A stretch of 64,000 bases of DNA from Paramoeba atlantica (GCA_977017575.1 CDRNVI010000149.1:496001-560000); one strand, 5' to 3'; counted from the first letter of the stretch, positions 1 through 12,606 are shown. Numbers and translations are program-made. Notes: a model not told the origin generated them from the sequence alone.

Positions 1-267
1 GATCAATGTCTTCTCATTGTACAATTTCTTGTCTTGTCTCGCGTCCCAGTACAGAAATCTTGAGACAGCGCGTACAAATGCGTCTTTTGAGGCAGCAGAT
101 CGCATCACTTGTTGCACTCGTGCATCCCCTTCATCAAGACCAAGATCAGTCCATTTTTTCTTTGGAATTCGAGCAATTATCGCTTCAGACACCTTTCTTT
201 TTTCTTTCTTTGGCTTCTTCGGATCAGGAACAATAAGTTCATCTTTTCCATTTCGATTACGTTTCAT
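1..267 (-). CDS. Hypothetical basic protein, 5' part; runs off the window edge (MKRNRNGKDELIVPDPKKPKKEKRK...)
   Basis: Manual translation of the minus strand gives an open frame from ATG at 267 to base 1 (89 codons). It is absent from the ORF track because it has no stop inside the window. The N-terminus is NLS-like; no family recognised. Confidence 0.5.
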   Translation of the reverse strand, partial: MKRNRNGKDELIVPDPKKPKKEKRKVSEAIIARIPKKKWTDLGLDEGDARVQQVMRSAASKDAFVRAVSRFLYWDARQDKKLYNEKTLI

Positions 268-490
268 CGTTGCAGCAAGGAAAACGAAAAATGCACGAGC
301 GTCAGGCACGAGAGTGTGACATTTCATAATTCCCTTGTCCTTGTCATGAACTTTATCGCCTGGCTGTTGAAATCACTTGATTCATAAAAAGTGTCACATA
401 ATTTCCTTGATTTGTCATCATATTTATCTAATTTTTATTTCTTCTTGGCACCAGAATACCCTCAACCGCATGAAAAGACATAAAATGTTG

Positions 491-658
491 AATGTCCAAG
501 GGAATTCACAGAAAACTCCCTCGACAAAGTGGTCTTTTTTTCTTTCAGGGGTATTTTTGTTCTTTCGGGCCATAGGCCCTCAAGACAAAAATACCCCTCA
601 AGAAAGAAAAGCCCATGTCTCGGGGAAGTTTTCTTTGTGAATTCCCTTTGGGGACATT
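491..658. repeat. ~170 bp imperfect palindrome (long hairpin / MITE-like)
   Basis: aatgtccaagggaattcacagaaaactccc (491-520) is the reverse complement of the 616-658 arm. The inner arms aggggtatttttgt and acaaaaatacccct also pair, around a central gggcc-ata-ggccc. Confidence 0.8.
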
Positions 659-682
659 AAGAGCTATTTTTTTTCTCGATCG

Positions 683-1710
683 AGAACTGAACTGCTTCTT
701 TCTTGCTCAAAGGTTTTTCTCTCTTTCTTTTTTCTTTTTCTTTTTTCTTTTTTTCTACTTCGTCAATTTGCTCTTTCAAAGGTTTTTTCTCTTCTTTTTT
801 TTATTTCTTTTTTTTAAACTGGTCTGAGCTGAACTGCTTCTTTGTTGATCAAAGGTTTTTCTCTCTCTTTCTCTCTTCTTTTTTTTTCTTTTTTTTTTTC
901 TTCTTTCTTCTTTTTTCTTTTTTCTTTTTTCTTTTTTTTTTTTTCTTTTTTCTTTTTTCTTTTTTCTTTTTTTTTTCTTTTTTCTTTTTTTTTTCTTTTT
1001 CTTTTCTTTTTCCTTCTTTCTTTTCTTTTTTTCTTTTCAAAGGTGGTTTTTTCTCTTCTTTTTCTCTCTCTTTTTCTCTTCTCTTTTTTTTTTTTTTTTT
1101 TTTTGAACTTGGTCTGAACTGAACTGCTTCTTTGTTGCTCAAAGGTTTTTCTCTCTTTCTTTCTCTTTTCTTTTTTTCCTTTTTTTTCTTTTTTTTTTCT
1201 TTTTTTTCTTTTTTTCTACTTCGTCAATTTGCTCTTTCAAAGGTTTTTTCTCTTCTTTTTTTATTTCTTTTTTTTAAACTGGTCTGAGCTGAACTGATTC
1301 TTTGTTGACCAAAGGTTTTTCTCTCTCTTTCTCTCTCCTTTTTTTTTTCTTTTTTTTCTTTTTTTTTCTTTTTTTTCTTTTTTTTCTTTTTTTTTCTTTT
1401 TTTTTCTTTTTCTTTTTTCTTTTTTCTTTTTTCTTTTTCTTTTTCTTTTCTATTTCTTTTTTTTCGAGCTTGGTCTCACTCTTTTTTCTCTTTTTTCCCC
1501 TTTTTCCTTTTTTTTTTCTTTTTTTTCCTTTCCTTTTTCTTTTTTTTCCTTTCCTTTTTTCTTTCTTTTTTTCTCTTTTTCTTTTTCTTTTCTTTTCTTT
1601 TTCTTTTTCTTTTTTTCTTTTTTCTTCCTTTCCTTTTTCTTTTTCTTTTTCTTTTTCTTTTTTTTTTTAGAGCGAGCGACTTCGTCAATTTGCCCTTTCA
1701 AAGGTTTTTT
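683..1710. repeat. Tandemly reiterated short units separated by poly-pyrimidine tracts
   Basis: Unit X (ctgaactgcttctttgttgatcaaaggtttt) occurs at ~687, 827, 1117 and 1287. Unit Y (cttcgtcaatttgctctttcaaaggtttt) occurs at ~757, 1218 and 1679. Related units occur at 4310-4600. Confidence 0.7.
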
Positions 1711-1826
1711 CTCTTCTTTTAGCCTGGGCCTGTAGCAAGATTGCACACCAGCCTTTTTGAGGGTGCGAAAAGAAGAGGTCTTTTTGACCCTTGATTTACC
1801 TCTTCTTTTTGGATTTGTGTTTGTGA

Positions 1827-4130
1827 TTGGTCAAAATCAGTGAAAGTCCACTTGCAATTGGGTCCAGGTGTGGGGACGTAATAAAGTCGCCAGAGCAATG
1901 GTTGTCACTTGGTTCATTTTTCTGTTTCCATTCTTTTGGAATTTTTTCGAAAAAAATGGCCTCTGTTGAAGCGATGTTTCTCTGCAACAAAAAGCATTAT
2001 CAATTCGTTTTTCAGTTTTGTGAGTTTTGTCGCACTTCTGATAATCTTGCTCAAAAGCATGAAGGTTTCTTCGTCAACATCCCTGGGAAGTTTGCACCTA
2101 CCTCACGCTCACGGATTGAGTCGAGTATTAATCGTAAGATTCGTGGTCGAGGTCTGGAACTCTGGCAGAAGAGGTGTGACTGGTGAACTCTTCGGGTGTG
2201 TTTGGCCCACATTGTTCTGGATGAGAGGATTAATTTTCCGCTTGATAATCCAACATTTATTGAAGGTTCGTATCTGGAGTCAATTCCTCGATCTCCTTTG
2301 CGAAAAGGTTTCCTACGTGTGGTGCCATCAAATGGCAAGATGCTCCGGCGGAATCCTTTTGGGTCTTGCTGGCCCAAACCCAGAAAGACAGAATTTTCCT
2401 TGGCCTCAACGAACATGTGAACCATGATGGAAAGTCAGTTGCTGAGGAGATAACAACAATGCTCCAAGAGATGCAAAATCTCGCAAAGGAATTTCCAGAG
2501 ACACAGGAATTTGTCCAATCTCTGTCTCTTTCTTCATTCTGTGGTGTCATGGGGGACCACACCAATGTAAATCGGAGTGTGGTGGCAGGAATTAGGAATT
2601 ATCGAAAGAGATTGAAAGTCCCCTTGTGTGCAGCTGGGTTGTTTTGCCCACAAATGTGATTTGGTTGAAGAATCTTTTTTGAAGGCTTTGTGGAAAAAAT
2701 CAAAAGAATGACTCTCTGCCCTCTTCCTCTTCTTCCTCTTCTTGTTCCTCTTGTTCCTCTTCTTGTTCCTCTTGTGTTCCTCTTTCTCACCCCCTTCACC
2801 AGTGCTCTCAGTGCTTCAAGTTTCCCCTGCTTTGGTTACCACCACAAGAGCCCTGTATCCTCACTTCAGATGAAGAAGGTGATGAGCCCTGGGAGGATGA
2901 TATTGAGCATATTTGTGTGGAGAAAGGACCTGAGCTTGGCTTCCCTCCAAAGACTGATGAACCTGAATATGGAATGAAGGCTCCTGGAAAAGACGATGAC
3001 TTGAATACACACTCTGCAACTCAGTTTCTCTATCGAATCACAAAGGCATTATCGTTGACCTCAAAGGCAGGAAATCGCTATGGTCACTCTGAGACCTTTT
3101 CCCAGTGGTGCATAGTGAAAGGGTTTCAGTGTCATTTAACCCCCCCCCCTTCATTCAAATCGATTCTTGGTGTATTCTTAGAACGCATATGCCATCTACA
3201 ATGATCTGCATGTGTATCGGAATTTTCTTCAAGAATGTTTGGAGGACACTTGGACTCGCCAATTTCTCCTTGCCTCACTCTCATCTCCATTGATGTGCCA
3301 CGAACTCTGATTGTTGGGGTTGTTTCATTATTTCTTTGGTTTTTTTTTTCATTTTCATTTTCATTTTCATTTTCATTTTTAATTTCATTTTTATTTTTAT
3401 TTTTATTTTTATTTTTATTTTTATTTTTATTTTTATTTTTATTTTTCTTTTTCTTTTTCTTTTTCTTTTTCTTTTTCTTTTTATTAATTTTTCTTTGAAA
3501 TTCTTCACAGGCCCTCCTCTGACCTTTACCCTTTCGGTTCTTACAATTGAAGAGAGTGCTGCTCTTTGGAAAGAAGTTGAACGACATTTCATTGTTTTTA
3601 CCACCGCCTCACTCACCCATCCGCAACCTTCAACAACTTATCTTTTTCACAAATTGTGGGATTATGTTGGTTTTTTATTTGAGAAAAAAAATCCTCCCAT
3701 TCAAGTTGCAAGTGATGGCTGAAAAAGAGAAAGTTTGGGAACGCTTGGAAGGGGGAATTTTGCTGAACTGGAGCCCACACAGAGATAACAAGGTCTTTCA
3801 TTTGTGTTTGATCTCAGCACTGAAGGAAGTTCAAAAGGTAAGATTTCCTTTTTTTTTTCTTTTTTCTTTCTTTTCTTTTACTAATTTTTAATTTTTTTTG
3901 TTTCAGATTGGCAAAGAGTACTTGGGGAATGGATCTCTTTCAAGTGTCCCTTCTTCCCTCTCTTCCCTCCCAGCTGATAATCTGGAACTGGAACTGGAAC
4001 GTGTGTTTGCGAAAGTCAAGGAGAAGGATACCCATGTGAATCACTCTCTTGGTTGTTCTCCCACAATAAAATTCATTTCTTTTGACTCATTCTCTTTCCT
4101 TCTCCCAAAACTCCACACAAAACCAGCACC
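1827..4130 (+). pseudogene. Decayed intron-containing DDE transposase, hAT-like
   Basis: Motifs appear in order across frames: GVMGDHTNVNRSV (D), LGCFAHKCDLV (CxxH, ~2630-2665), NRF..NA..IY, KFFTGP, and PADNLELELERVFA (catalytic E, hAT N..ERxF). A canonical intron 3838-3906 (GTAAG...TTTCAG) joins EVQK|IGKEY in frame. Frameshifts and stops are present. Confidence 0.6.
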
Positions 4131-5735
4131 CTTCCAAAAAAAGTGGTGCGCAAAGTCAAAAAGACCCTTACTACTGGCCCAGGCTACCTCTTTTTTCTTT
4201 TTTCTTCTTTTCTTCTTTTTTCTTCTTTTTTCTTCTTTTTCTTTTCTTTTTCTTTTCTTTTTTTCTTTCTTTTTTTCTTTCTTTTTTTTAAAACCTGATT
4301 ATATTGAACTACCTTCTTGTCGATTGACTCTTTCAAAAGTTTTTCTCTTTTCTTTCTTTCTTTCTTTTTCTTTTTCTTTCTTTCTTTCTCTTCTTTCCTT
4401 TTTCTTTTTTTTCTTTTCTTTTTCTTCTTTTTTTTTTTCTTTTTTCTTTTTCTTTTTTCTTTTTTTTAAACCGGTGTGTGTCAAACTACTTCTCATCAAT
4501 CTTTCAAAGGGTTTTTTCTTCCTCTTCCTCTTCTCTCTCTTCTCTCTTTTCTATTTCTCTTTTCTTGGGTCTTTATCAATTTGCTCTTTCAGAAGTTTTT
4601 CTTTCTTCTTTTTTTTCTTTTCTTTTTCTTTTTCTTTTTCTTTTTCTTTTCACCGCCTCCAAAACACTGCGGAAAACAGCATGTTTTTTTAGGCCCTCTT
4701 GTGGTCTCTTTTTTTTTTTTTCACATTCGTTTGTTTGGCGGTGTTGTGTTGCTTGCTGCTGTGAGATAAAGCTCTCACTCTTGTGAAAGGAGACGATTTT
4801 GTTGGAACTTTCTTTTTCGACCAATTGATAGGTTTTGTTTCATTCTTTGGTTCGTGTCAAACAAAAGAAGTCCTTTTTTTTTTTTGAACTAGTTTTTGAT
4901 GAAGAGGTGGTTGACAAATTTATCACAAGTGCTGTTTGTCTCTCACTTTTTCTTGTTCAGAGAGAAGATGGCCAGTGTTTTGTGTTGATTTTTCGATTCT
5001 CCAAAGTCTAATTTTTATACAAGCAGTTTGTCGGAGAATTATCAATAAGTTTTCATGGCCAAACAAAAGGACAAACAAAGTTATAACAAAACTCAGAGGT
5101 TAGGCTTTTTGGGGAGAGTACAAGGACCAAAGAAGACGAAAGGTTTCTTTTTTTTTCTTCTTTGCTTTCTCCAGTTGTTCTTTTTTGAGATTTTTTTTCT
5201 CTTATAAAATTTTCACTTTCTTTTCTCTTTTTTTCTCACTTTTTTTCTCAAAGATTAACCCCAGAACAAATTCTAGTAACTCTTTATCCGACAAGAAAAT
5301 TTTAGTCAAAAAGGCTGACCAATCCTTTCAATTTGCGAACGATTTACCCCCAATGGGCTGTTCCATACAAAGTGTTCTGCAACTCTCGCTCTCTTTACGA
5401 CTCTTTTTGATTTTTTGAGTTCAAATGAGGACTATGGAAAACAAGTTCTGACGGTGATTGTTAAAAAGTTGGAAAATGAACTGCAGTTGAGGTCTTTTGC
5501 AAAGACAATTTACAAGCTCTATGTTGCTATAAAGAAGAAAGGAGAAAAGAAAGAACATTTCCGATTGACTGGTGAACAAGCAAATCGAATATTACAAGAG
5601 TATCACCGATTGATTATCTCCCCTCTCTTATCATTTGAAAAGAAGCTAAAAAAAGGATTTCTTTTTGTTTGGATTCCCCTTTTTTTGCAAAGAAGGTTTA
5701 TCATGAATTAGGTTCCTTTAATTTCTTTTTTCTTT

Positions 5736-6430
5736 TTATTCTCTTGTTAAAGAATAAAAACTCAAAACAAAAAAATAGGAATTGGACCAAGAGTTTCGAG
5801 TTGCCAGTCTGGTGAAGCAATAAATAAGAGACAAAAAGAACGAATTAAAAAGAGTGGATATTTGAAGAACAAAGTATGAACAAACTGCTGAAAATGTCAA
5901 TCTAACCTTTCTATTGTCCAACAAAGTTGTCGGTTCGTGGACACAATATTCGAGATTGAGTTGGTTATCGTAAAGACAGACAATGTTTTTTTTCAGGGTT
6001 TCTTGGAGTGGAGAGGTTCTCTTGGTTGTTTTCAACTTTTTTCCTTCAAATCTCTCTTCAAAATAGCTTTCATCAGCCTCAAGAAGCCAAAGAGAAGGAG
6101 TTTGAGTGTGTTTTATCATGGCCATTATTTTCCCAAACTTTTTAGGCTCAGCTTTTTTCACCTTTTTTTTGGAAAATAGAGTCACAGGGAATTTTTTGAC
6201 TTGAAACACAGCCTGAAAAAGGGATAAAAAATCATTCAAATTTTTTGTTTTGTTTTTTTTGCTTTTTTTTTGTTTTTTTTCAAGTCCAAAAGCAAAATGG
6301 TGAAGGAAAAAGAAAAGGATACAATACAAGGAATGTGTGGTGTTTGGCGAAAACCTCAAAAACTTCGAAAACCACTGTAAAGTTGTGTTGGAAAACTTTG
6401 TGGGTGAACATATCTCAGCCATCTTTTTAA
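5736..6430 (-). pseudogene. Hypothetical protein fragment sharing the motif TPS..LLEADES(Y/F)F with 8743-9381
   Basis: The ORF-track translation contains QTPSLWLLEADESYF, while the 8743 ORF has RTPSRKLLEADESFF. The 5' side is interrupted by the MITE. No family recognised. Confidence 0.3.
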
Positions 6431-6502
6431 ACGATCTTGTGGCCTCTGCAAGTAATAATTTGAATTCTCTTTGATTCTCATTCTTTTTCCCAAAAAATGC
6501 TC

Positions 6503-6830
6503 TCAAAAAGTTGCTTACGACACCTTAAAAGCGCTGGATCGTAGCAAAAAAAATAGGCCTGAACTTTGTGTCTTAAACCCGAGATTTTTCGTGAAATTGG
6601 AGGCGGTGTTTTTTCTTTTTTCTTTCTTTTTCGTTTCTTCCTTTTTTCTTTTCTTTTCTTCTTTTTTTCTTTTCGTTCTTTTTCATTCTTTTTCATTCTT
6701 TTTCATTCTTTTTTCTTCTTTTTCCACCGCATCCGATTTTTGAGAAAACGCGAATTTTAAAAATAAAGTTCGGGCCTATTTTTTTTTGGTAGCAATCCGG
6801 TGTTTAAAGGTGTCATAAGCAACTTTTTGA
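6503..6830. mobile_element. MITE-like element with ~105 bp imperfect terminal inverted repeats
   Basis: 6503-6608 (tcaaaaagttgcttacgacacc...ataggcctgaacttt...ggaggcggtg) is the reverse complement of 6725-6830 (caccgcatcc...aaagttcgggcctat...ggtgtcataagcaactttttga). The interior is T-rich and non-coding. No clear TSD. Confidence 0.75.
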
Positions 6831-6836
6831 TGGTTG

Positions 6837-7951
6837 TTAAGGTAGTATATAATTTTTTTTTTTTTTTTCAGACATTGGATTCACAAACCCAGCACCCATA
6901 ATTCGAAATCCATTTTCATTTTTCAAAGACATATGATAATATGTCGCTGCTCGAATACCAGCAACAGAGCCAGGACTGTGTTTCCAAATGTAACCCAACT
7001 CGGTAAGTCCAAAACTAGGTGTATTTTCCCATCCAAATCCTAAATAAAAGAGAAGAGAAAGCCCAATGTCTTTTTTGTCACAATGAAGAACTGTTCCATG
7101 AGCAATTGAGAGCCAGAATTCTTCAATCAAGTGGAAAATCTTTGTTGAAAGAGTCATTTGCTGTCCGGTTGCATCAAACTTTTGTGAATGTCTTCAATGC
7201 ATTCTCTCTGTTTATCAAATATTGGTGGGGGTGGAGAAGATGAAGATGTCTCTTTGATTGTTGAAGAAACCCATTTTTCGAAACGTAACTCAAAGATCGC
7301 ATATCCTCCGAAAAGAGATTCCACAAATAGAACAATCATATCATTCGTTTGGCCTGCTTGAACATATTCCTGAATCGGATTCGCTTGCTTTGCATGAATT
7401 CCCATCGTTAACAAACACCATCCTCGACAATTTCTCTTTGTTTGATAATATAATGATAGAATAAATATAAAACATTGGAGGATTGAGAGCTCGTATACCT
7501 CCTCAGGAGATCCAACCGATTCCAACCAAAACATATCCTTCAAACCACTCTCTGATTTAAAATAAACATTTCCGGTCAATTCCTTCAATAAATTCTCATC
7601 TTTCAAAAGGTCTTGTTGGGTATTACAACCACCTGGATTCGCCAATTTTTGATAAAAATCTTCAGTGGCACCAAGAAAATGGGCCTTCCAGCTCGAATCT
7701 GAGAGGCGATCGAATGGGATCCTATTCACATCATCAAAGAGAATTGTTGTTGTTTGAGAATTTTGTTTTGGAACTTCAAAAGATTTAAAAAGAACTGGAA
7801 CTGGCTCTGCTGGTTTGATTTCAAAATAAGTTCTCATCAACAACAGTGCTTTTTCCCTGGTTTCCTTGTCAGAATAATGTGGTCGTCCTGGTTTTGAATA
7901 ATCCATCAGTTTTGAGAGTCCATGTGAACCACTTGCTTTCTTTCGACTCAT
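6837..7951 (-). pseudogene. Hypothetical multi-exon protein gene, disrupted
   Basis: Adjacent 265 aa and 106 aa ORFs have protein-like composition and are separated by stops and probable short AT-rich introns. No recognisable domain. Confidence 0.4.
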
Positions 7952-8742
7952 TCTTCCAACAATTTCAGAAACCTGGATATTGTGTGTGGAGTGGATTCAA
8001 AAAAAGATATTTATAAAAAATGAGAATAATAATAATAAAAAAAAGAGGAAGGAAAAAAAAGAGGAAGGAGAAAAAAGGAGAAAAAAAGAGAGAAAAAAAA
8101 GGAAGAAAAAAAAGGGAGAAAAAAGGGAGAAAAAAGAAAGAAAAAAAAGAAAGAAAAAAAGAAAAGAAAAAAAAAGGGAGAAAAAAGAAAGAAAAAAAAA
8201 GAAAGAAAAAAAGAAAAACAAGATGATCGAACGGAAACACAACCTTCTTTTCAAGCACTTCCCAAGACACTAAGCTCTTATTTGTTTTTACAAGTTCTCT
8301 TACAGTCCAAAAACGAAAATGATCAAATAATAAAGGTGAAGAAGGAGAGTAGAAACTATCCTCATATGATGGCTCTGAAAGACGAACAGGAGGTAACAAT
8401 AATGTTGAGAGAGGAAAAGGGTTTTTTGGCGATAATGTCCACGAAGAAGAAGAGAAAGAATCATGGGTAATTGGTTGACAGAGCAAAACATCCATTTCTA
8501 ATCTCCTTCTTTTCTTTCTTTCTGATCGAATTTGTTTTTTTCTTTTGAGATTGAATTTGGTGAGCATTTTGAAAAAAAGAATCAAAAATTTGAAAGAAAG
8601 GAAAGAAAGTAGCAATTTTCGTATTGGATTCTTTTCAGATTACTTTTTTTCTTTTTTTTTATTAGAAAAATACAGCCAAAACGATTTTGTTCAAGCACTT
8701 TGTTTTTTTTTTTGTTTTTTTTTTGCTTTTTGTTTTTCTCAA

Positions 8743-9381
8743 ATGTCTGAACAAACTGCTCACTCTGTTCAGACCCGAACTCCTTCTCGAAAACTCCTTG
8801 AGGCAGATGAATCTTTCTTTAAAAGAGGAAACTCTGTTCCATATTGCTACATCTCTCTTGAACCCTCATCACATCAAAGCGTAAACAAATCAAAAACTAC
8901 AAACCAAAAGAAAAACCAAAAAGAAAAGTGTCCTCCTTGTGCTCTTTCTCTTTTGGAGAGCGATATTGCAAGTAAGTTTTCATGTGATACAATTGTTGAT
9001 TCTGTTGTTATTGAGCTTGATCGGATTGCCCATGATCTTTTTTCAAAAATTCCCTTGACTGCTTGTAGTATGCGAATCTATCGAACAAAGGTCAATGCAG
9101 TTCTGTTTGAACTCCTCATCATCCCTCATCTTTTGAGAAGTGGTGGCGAACTTTCTCCTCACAAGAAGTCAGCGCCAGTTTTTCTGATCCAATTTTATGA
9201 AACAAAAACTTTTGAACAAATTTTTTCAGGACTTGCATCAAAAGGACTCTTCAACCCAATGACGAAAAAATTCAAAAATGGTCAAAAGATGTGGATTGTC
9301 ACTCATAAAAAGTATTTGGTTGTATGGAGATTTTCTGCAAATCTTGGAACTCTTGCAGTTCATTTTTTTGTTCAAGGATGA
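8743..9381 (+). CDS. Hypothetical protein, 212 aa (MSEQTAHSVQTRTPSRKLLEADESFF...)
   Basis: Open frame from ATG 8743 to TGA 9381 with non-repetitive, protein-like composition. Shares a motif with 5736-6430. Confidence 0.5.
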   Translation: MSEQTAHSVQTRTPSRKLLEADESFFKRGNSVPYCYISLEPSSHQSVNKSKTTNQKKNQKEKCPPCALSLLESDIASKFSCDTIVDSVVIELDRIAHDLFSKIPLTACSMRIYRTKVNAVLFELLIIPHLLRSGGELSPHKKSAPVFLIQFYETKTFEQIFSGLASKGLFNPMTKKFKNGQKMWIVTHKKYLVVWRFSANLGTLAVHFFVQG

Positions 9382-9441
9382 ACAAAAGGAGGACTTCCAA
9401 TCAACAATCTTTATCTCTCAAATTAATAAATTTATTATTTC

Positions 9442-11737
9442 TTAAGATTGTGATCGAAAACGTAATCTTCGTGGTTTTGCTTTCGTTTTTTCCTCTTCTT
9501 CCTCTTCTTCCTCCTCCTCTTCTTCCTCCTCCTCTTCTTCTCCCTCTTCTTCATCATCAAAAGAAAATTCATCCTCTTCCTCTTCTTCTTCCTCTTCCTC
9601 TTCCTCCAACGAGAATTCATCTACCTCCTCATCCTCAAAGATCTCCTGTTCTAACTCCTCCATAGACTTTCCTGTCTCTTCCTCAGGTGGAACTACATAA
9701 TTCTTTAAAATGAGTTCCCTTGTTGTTTGTGGAACTCCATTTTCACAAAAATCGATCATCTTCTTTTCAATCACTTGACAACTTCAATCTATCGACTTAT
9801 CTGAAACGATTTCTTGCCATTTCACTTGAACTTTTTCCCCCATTTCTTTCATTTTTGCCAATGTTCGCCTTCGTAACTTGTCTTGAGGAATGTCAGCATT
9901 GTCACGAGTCACATCAAGCCAATAAACAGAGAAATAAGTTGCAGAACAACCTTGATGACCAGCCACTTTACTTTGGTAAGAAAGGTAACCAATTGGAAGA
10001 AAATGGCAATGGTACAGATTTGTTTTGGTATTATTGATTTCACATGGAATTGAAACACCATTCTTTTCCACTGCTGCAATTCCAGGGTTTAAAACATTCT
10101 TGGGTTGGCACCCGTAAATTTGACTTATCCAACCCCGGGGGGGCGAGTTCAAATCCCAGTTTTTCGATATTTTAGAAAATTTTTCTGGTGCTGTAGAGTG
10201 ATTTGATTGGAGTGAGGAGCTTTTGAAGAAGTGTGAAAATTGGAACAGGTTACATCTCAGCACTGTCTGCTAAAAAGTTGAGGATAAATTCCCTTGGAAG
10301 GAGCTTTGGATTATTCTCCCTTCTGATGTGCATCCTCCAGCCTGAACTTGCAGAAGTTCTAAAGTTCAGCATAAAGACCAACTGAACTAAGCTGAAGTTT
10401 AAAACTTCACCTCTCATTAGAGGTTAAAAACAAACATAATTTAATGTAATTCAAATGGCTTAGATTAAGACTAATTGAATAAAGTCTGCCTCAAAAAGAA
10501 AAAAAAAAAAGGGTTTAAAACATTCTCACAAAGCCATTTGCTCACTTCATCATCTTCTTTGAAATTCCCACCATAGATCCAAGGCATCAATGTTGGTGAA
10601 CTTCCAACTCCAACAAAGTTCACAAATCACAAATATGTATTTGTCATACCCATCTGAAAAATAGATTTTCAATTAAATCTTGTTTTGTTTCTTTTCCTCT
10701 ATGCTCCCCCTCAAAAAAAAAGAAAATAATTTTTCTACTCACTTGTTTACTCTCCGGGGCACCATCAGTGAACATATTCACTAAAATTTGATATTTGCCT
10801 TCTTAAAAAAAGTGAGAGATTGTTGAACTTTCGAACATTGGAGCATTGCTTTCAGTCTTTTCTCAACAACTTCTTCCAACTTTCGATAACCACCTTTAAC
10901 CCCATACTCAGAAGGGAGTTCATAAAACCTATATGTTTATCTTTTGAGCAAATTGTTTTCATTGAGGAGGAGAAAAGAAGCTTATTACAAAAAAAAAAAA
11001 ATTCTTACTTTGCTTCAAGCTCCAATGCGGACAACATTTTCTCCCCAAAATCCATTGCAGGCTTTGGAGCAGGAAGTTTTGGAAATGGAATTTCAAACTC
11101 TGGTGTTTTCAACTGAATTAGTTAGCTCCCCAGACAAAGGATCTAAGCCTCACTGAAATATGATCGCATAATTTGGATTTTTTAGTAACCCATGTCATTC
11201 ATCATCATGTTCACAAACTGTGCTTGTTTCAAATTGTCAGATTTCTCGAGGTTTTGAAAGTCTATTTATTAAATTTTTAAAAAATCAGAATCCTTCAAAA
11301 ACACACACACAAAAAAAAAATTAACCTTTTTGAACAGCTTTCTTCACAACTTGCTTCCCAACGGGCAGACAAATGACTTCTTCAATCAGTCTTTTTTGAA
11401 ACCTTGGACTTGAACTTTTCAAAAGTTCTGAGAATACTTTTTCGAAAGGTTTATCCTCTTTAATCCTCGTTTCTTCATTATCTTCATTACAAAGAACCTT
11501 TGAAGAGATAAACCATTTTGCTCTTGATTTGAGACGAAAAAAAGCTCTCCTTTGCCTTTGCTGTTGTTTTTCACAAATAGCAGAAGTGTTGATGATTGGA
11601 AGTTGTTCTATTTTTGTTTGTAAGAAAAATTGAAAAATTGTCATTTTAAAAAGAAAGTTAAACCAGGTTGGTTTGGTCCTTTTGACTTTTTTGATCTTTT
11701 TGATTTCTTTCCAAAAATCTTTCTGGTGAGTCTGCAA
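9442..11737 (-). pseudogene. Decayed multi-exon gene with long poly-Glu acidic C-terminal region
   Basis: ORFs 9784-10263 and 9442-9774 are in the same frame, split by one TGA (SID*SCQVIEKK). Further exon-like pieces (LKTPEFEIPFPKLPAPKP, YELPSEYGVKGGYRKL, 11321-11737) are bounded by GT donors. No family recognised. Confidence 0.4.
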
Positions 11738-12093
11738 GATTTGGGTGTGCCCATTTTCAAAAAATTGCCCGATCTATTTGCTCTTAGACTTTAGAATATG
11801 GAGAAAAAAGTAAAACCAAAATGGAAAAGGACATCTTCTCTTTAAAGGGGAGATATTGGCGGTTTGACCAACACTTTTTTAACACTTTTCAACATCTCTC
11901 CCACAAAAGTTGTTTTTTTGGTTCTTCAAAAATACATTGTTTCAAAGAACATCAAAAAACGAATCAAAATCAAAAAACAAACCTTGAAAAGACTTCAAAC
12001 AAAGACCAAAAAAGTGGACAGCAGAAGCGAAGAGAAGCGCGAAAGAAAAACACGAGGAAACACAAGAACACAAACGCCGTCCAAAATAGAGAC

Positions 12094-12575
12094 TCAAAAA
12101 AAGTGCGCGATTTTTGAAAAATCGAATGCGGTGAAAGGAGGTTCTTTTGACCCATCAAAGACAACCGCACTTTTTTTGTGCCAATCTGGCCCGCTTATCA
12201 AAAGATTTCCTGCTGCTGATTGGTGAACTTTCTTTGCATTAACAATCAACAACAACATTGTAACCTCCCATAACTTTTCTGTTGCTGTCCAGTCATATTT
12301 TCTGTGGGTTGAGAGAGCTCCCATTGTATGCTGATCTGCAACATCCACAAAATCCATCACCTCACTCTTTGTGGTTTGAGCAAGGGGGTGCATTTCTTCA
12401 AGCTTTTGATAAGTCGCTTGGGTTTCCAATGTATCATCATCCAACCAACATTTCAACTTCTTTTTCAACTTGTGTGGCAGAGTAACAAGTTGAGTAGTGT
12501 ACAGAGTTTTCGATTTTTCGATTGAAAGACATTTGCAAGAAAAGAAATCTGTCACATGGAACCTGTCACATTTAG

Positions 12576-12606
<31 letters not shown>

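Noticed and set aside
700-1750. Many poly-Phe/Ser/Leu or poly-Lys/Arg/Glu ORFs (also 3130-3620, 4080-4830, 7965-8270, 13860-14350, 41550-49900)
   Set aside because: These are artefacts of stop-free polypyrimidine/polypurine and (GT)-rich microsatellite tracts, with no protein-like composition.
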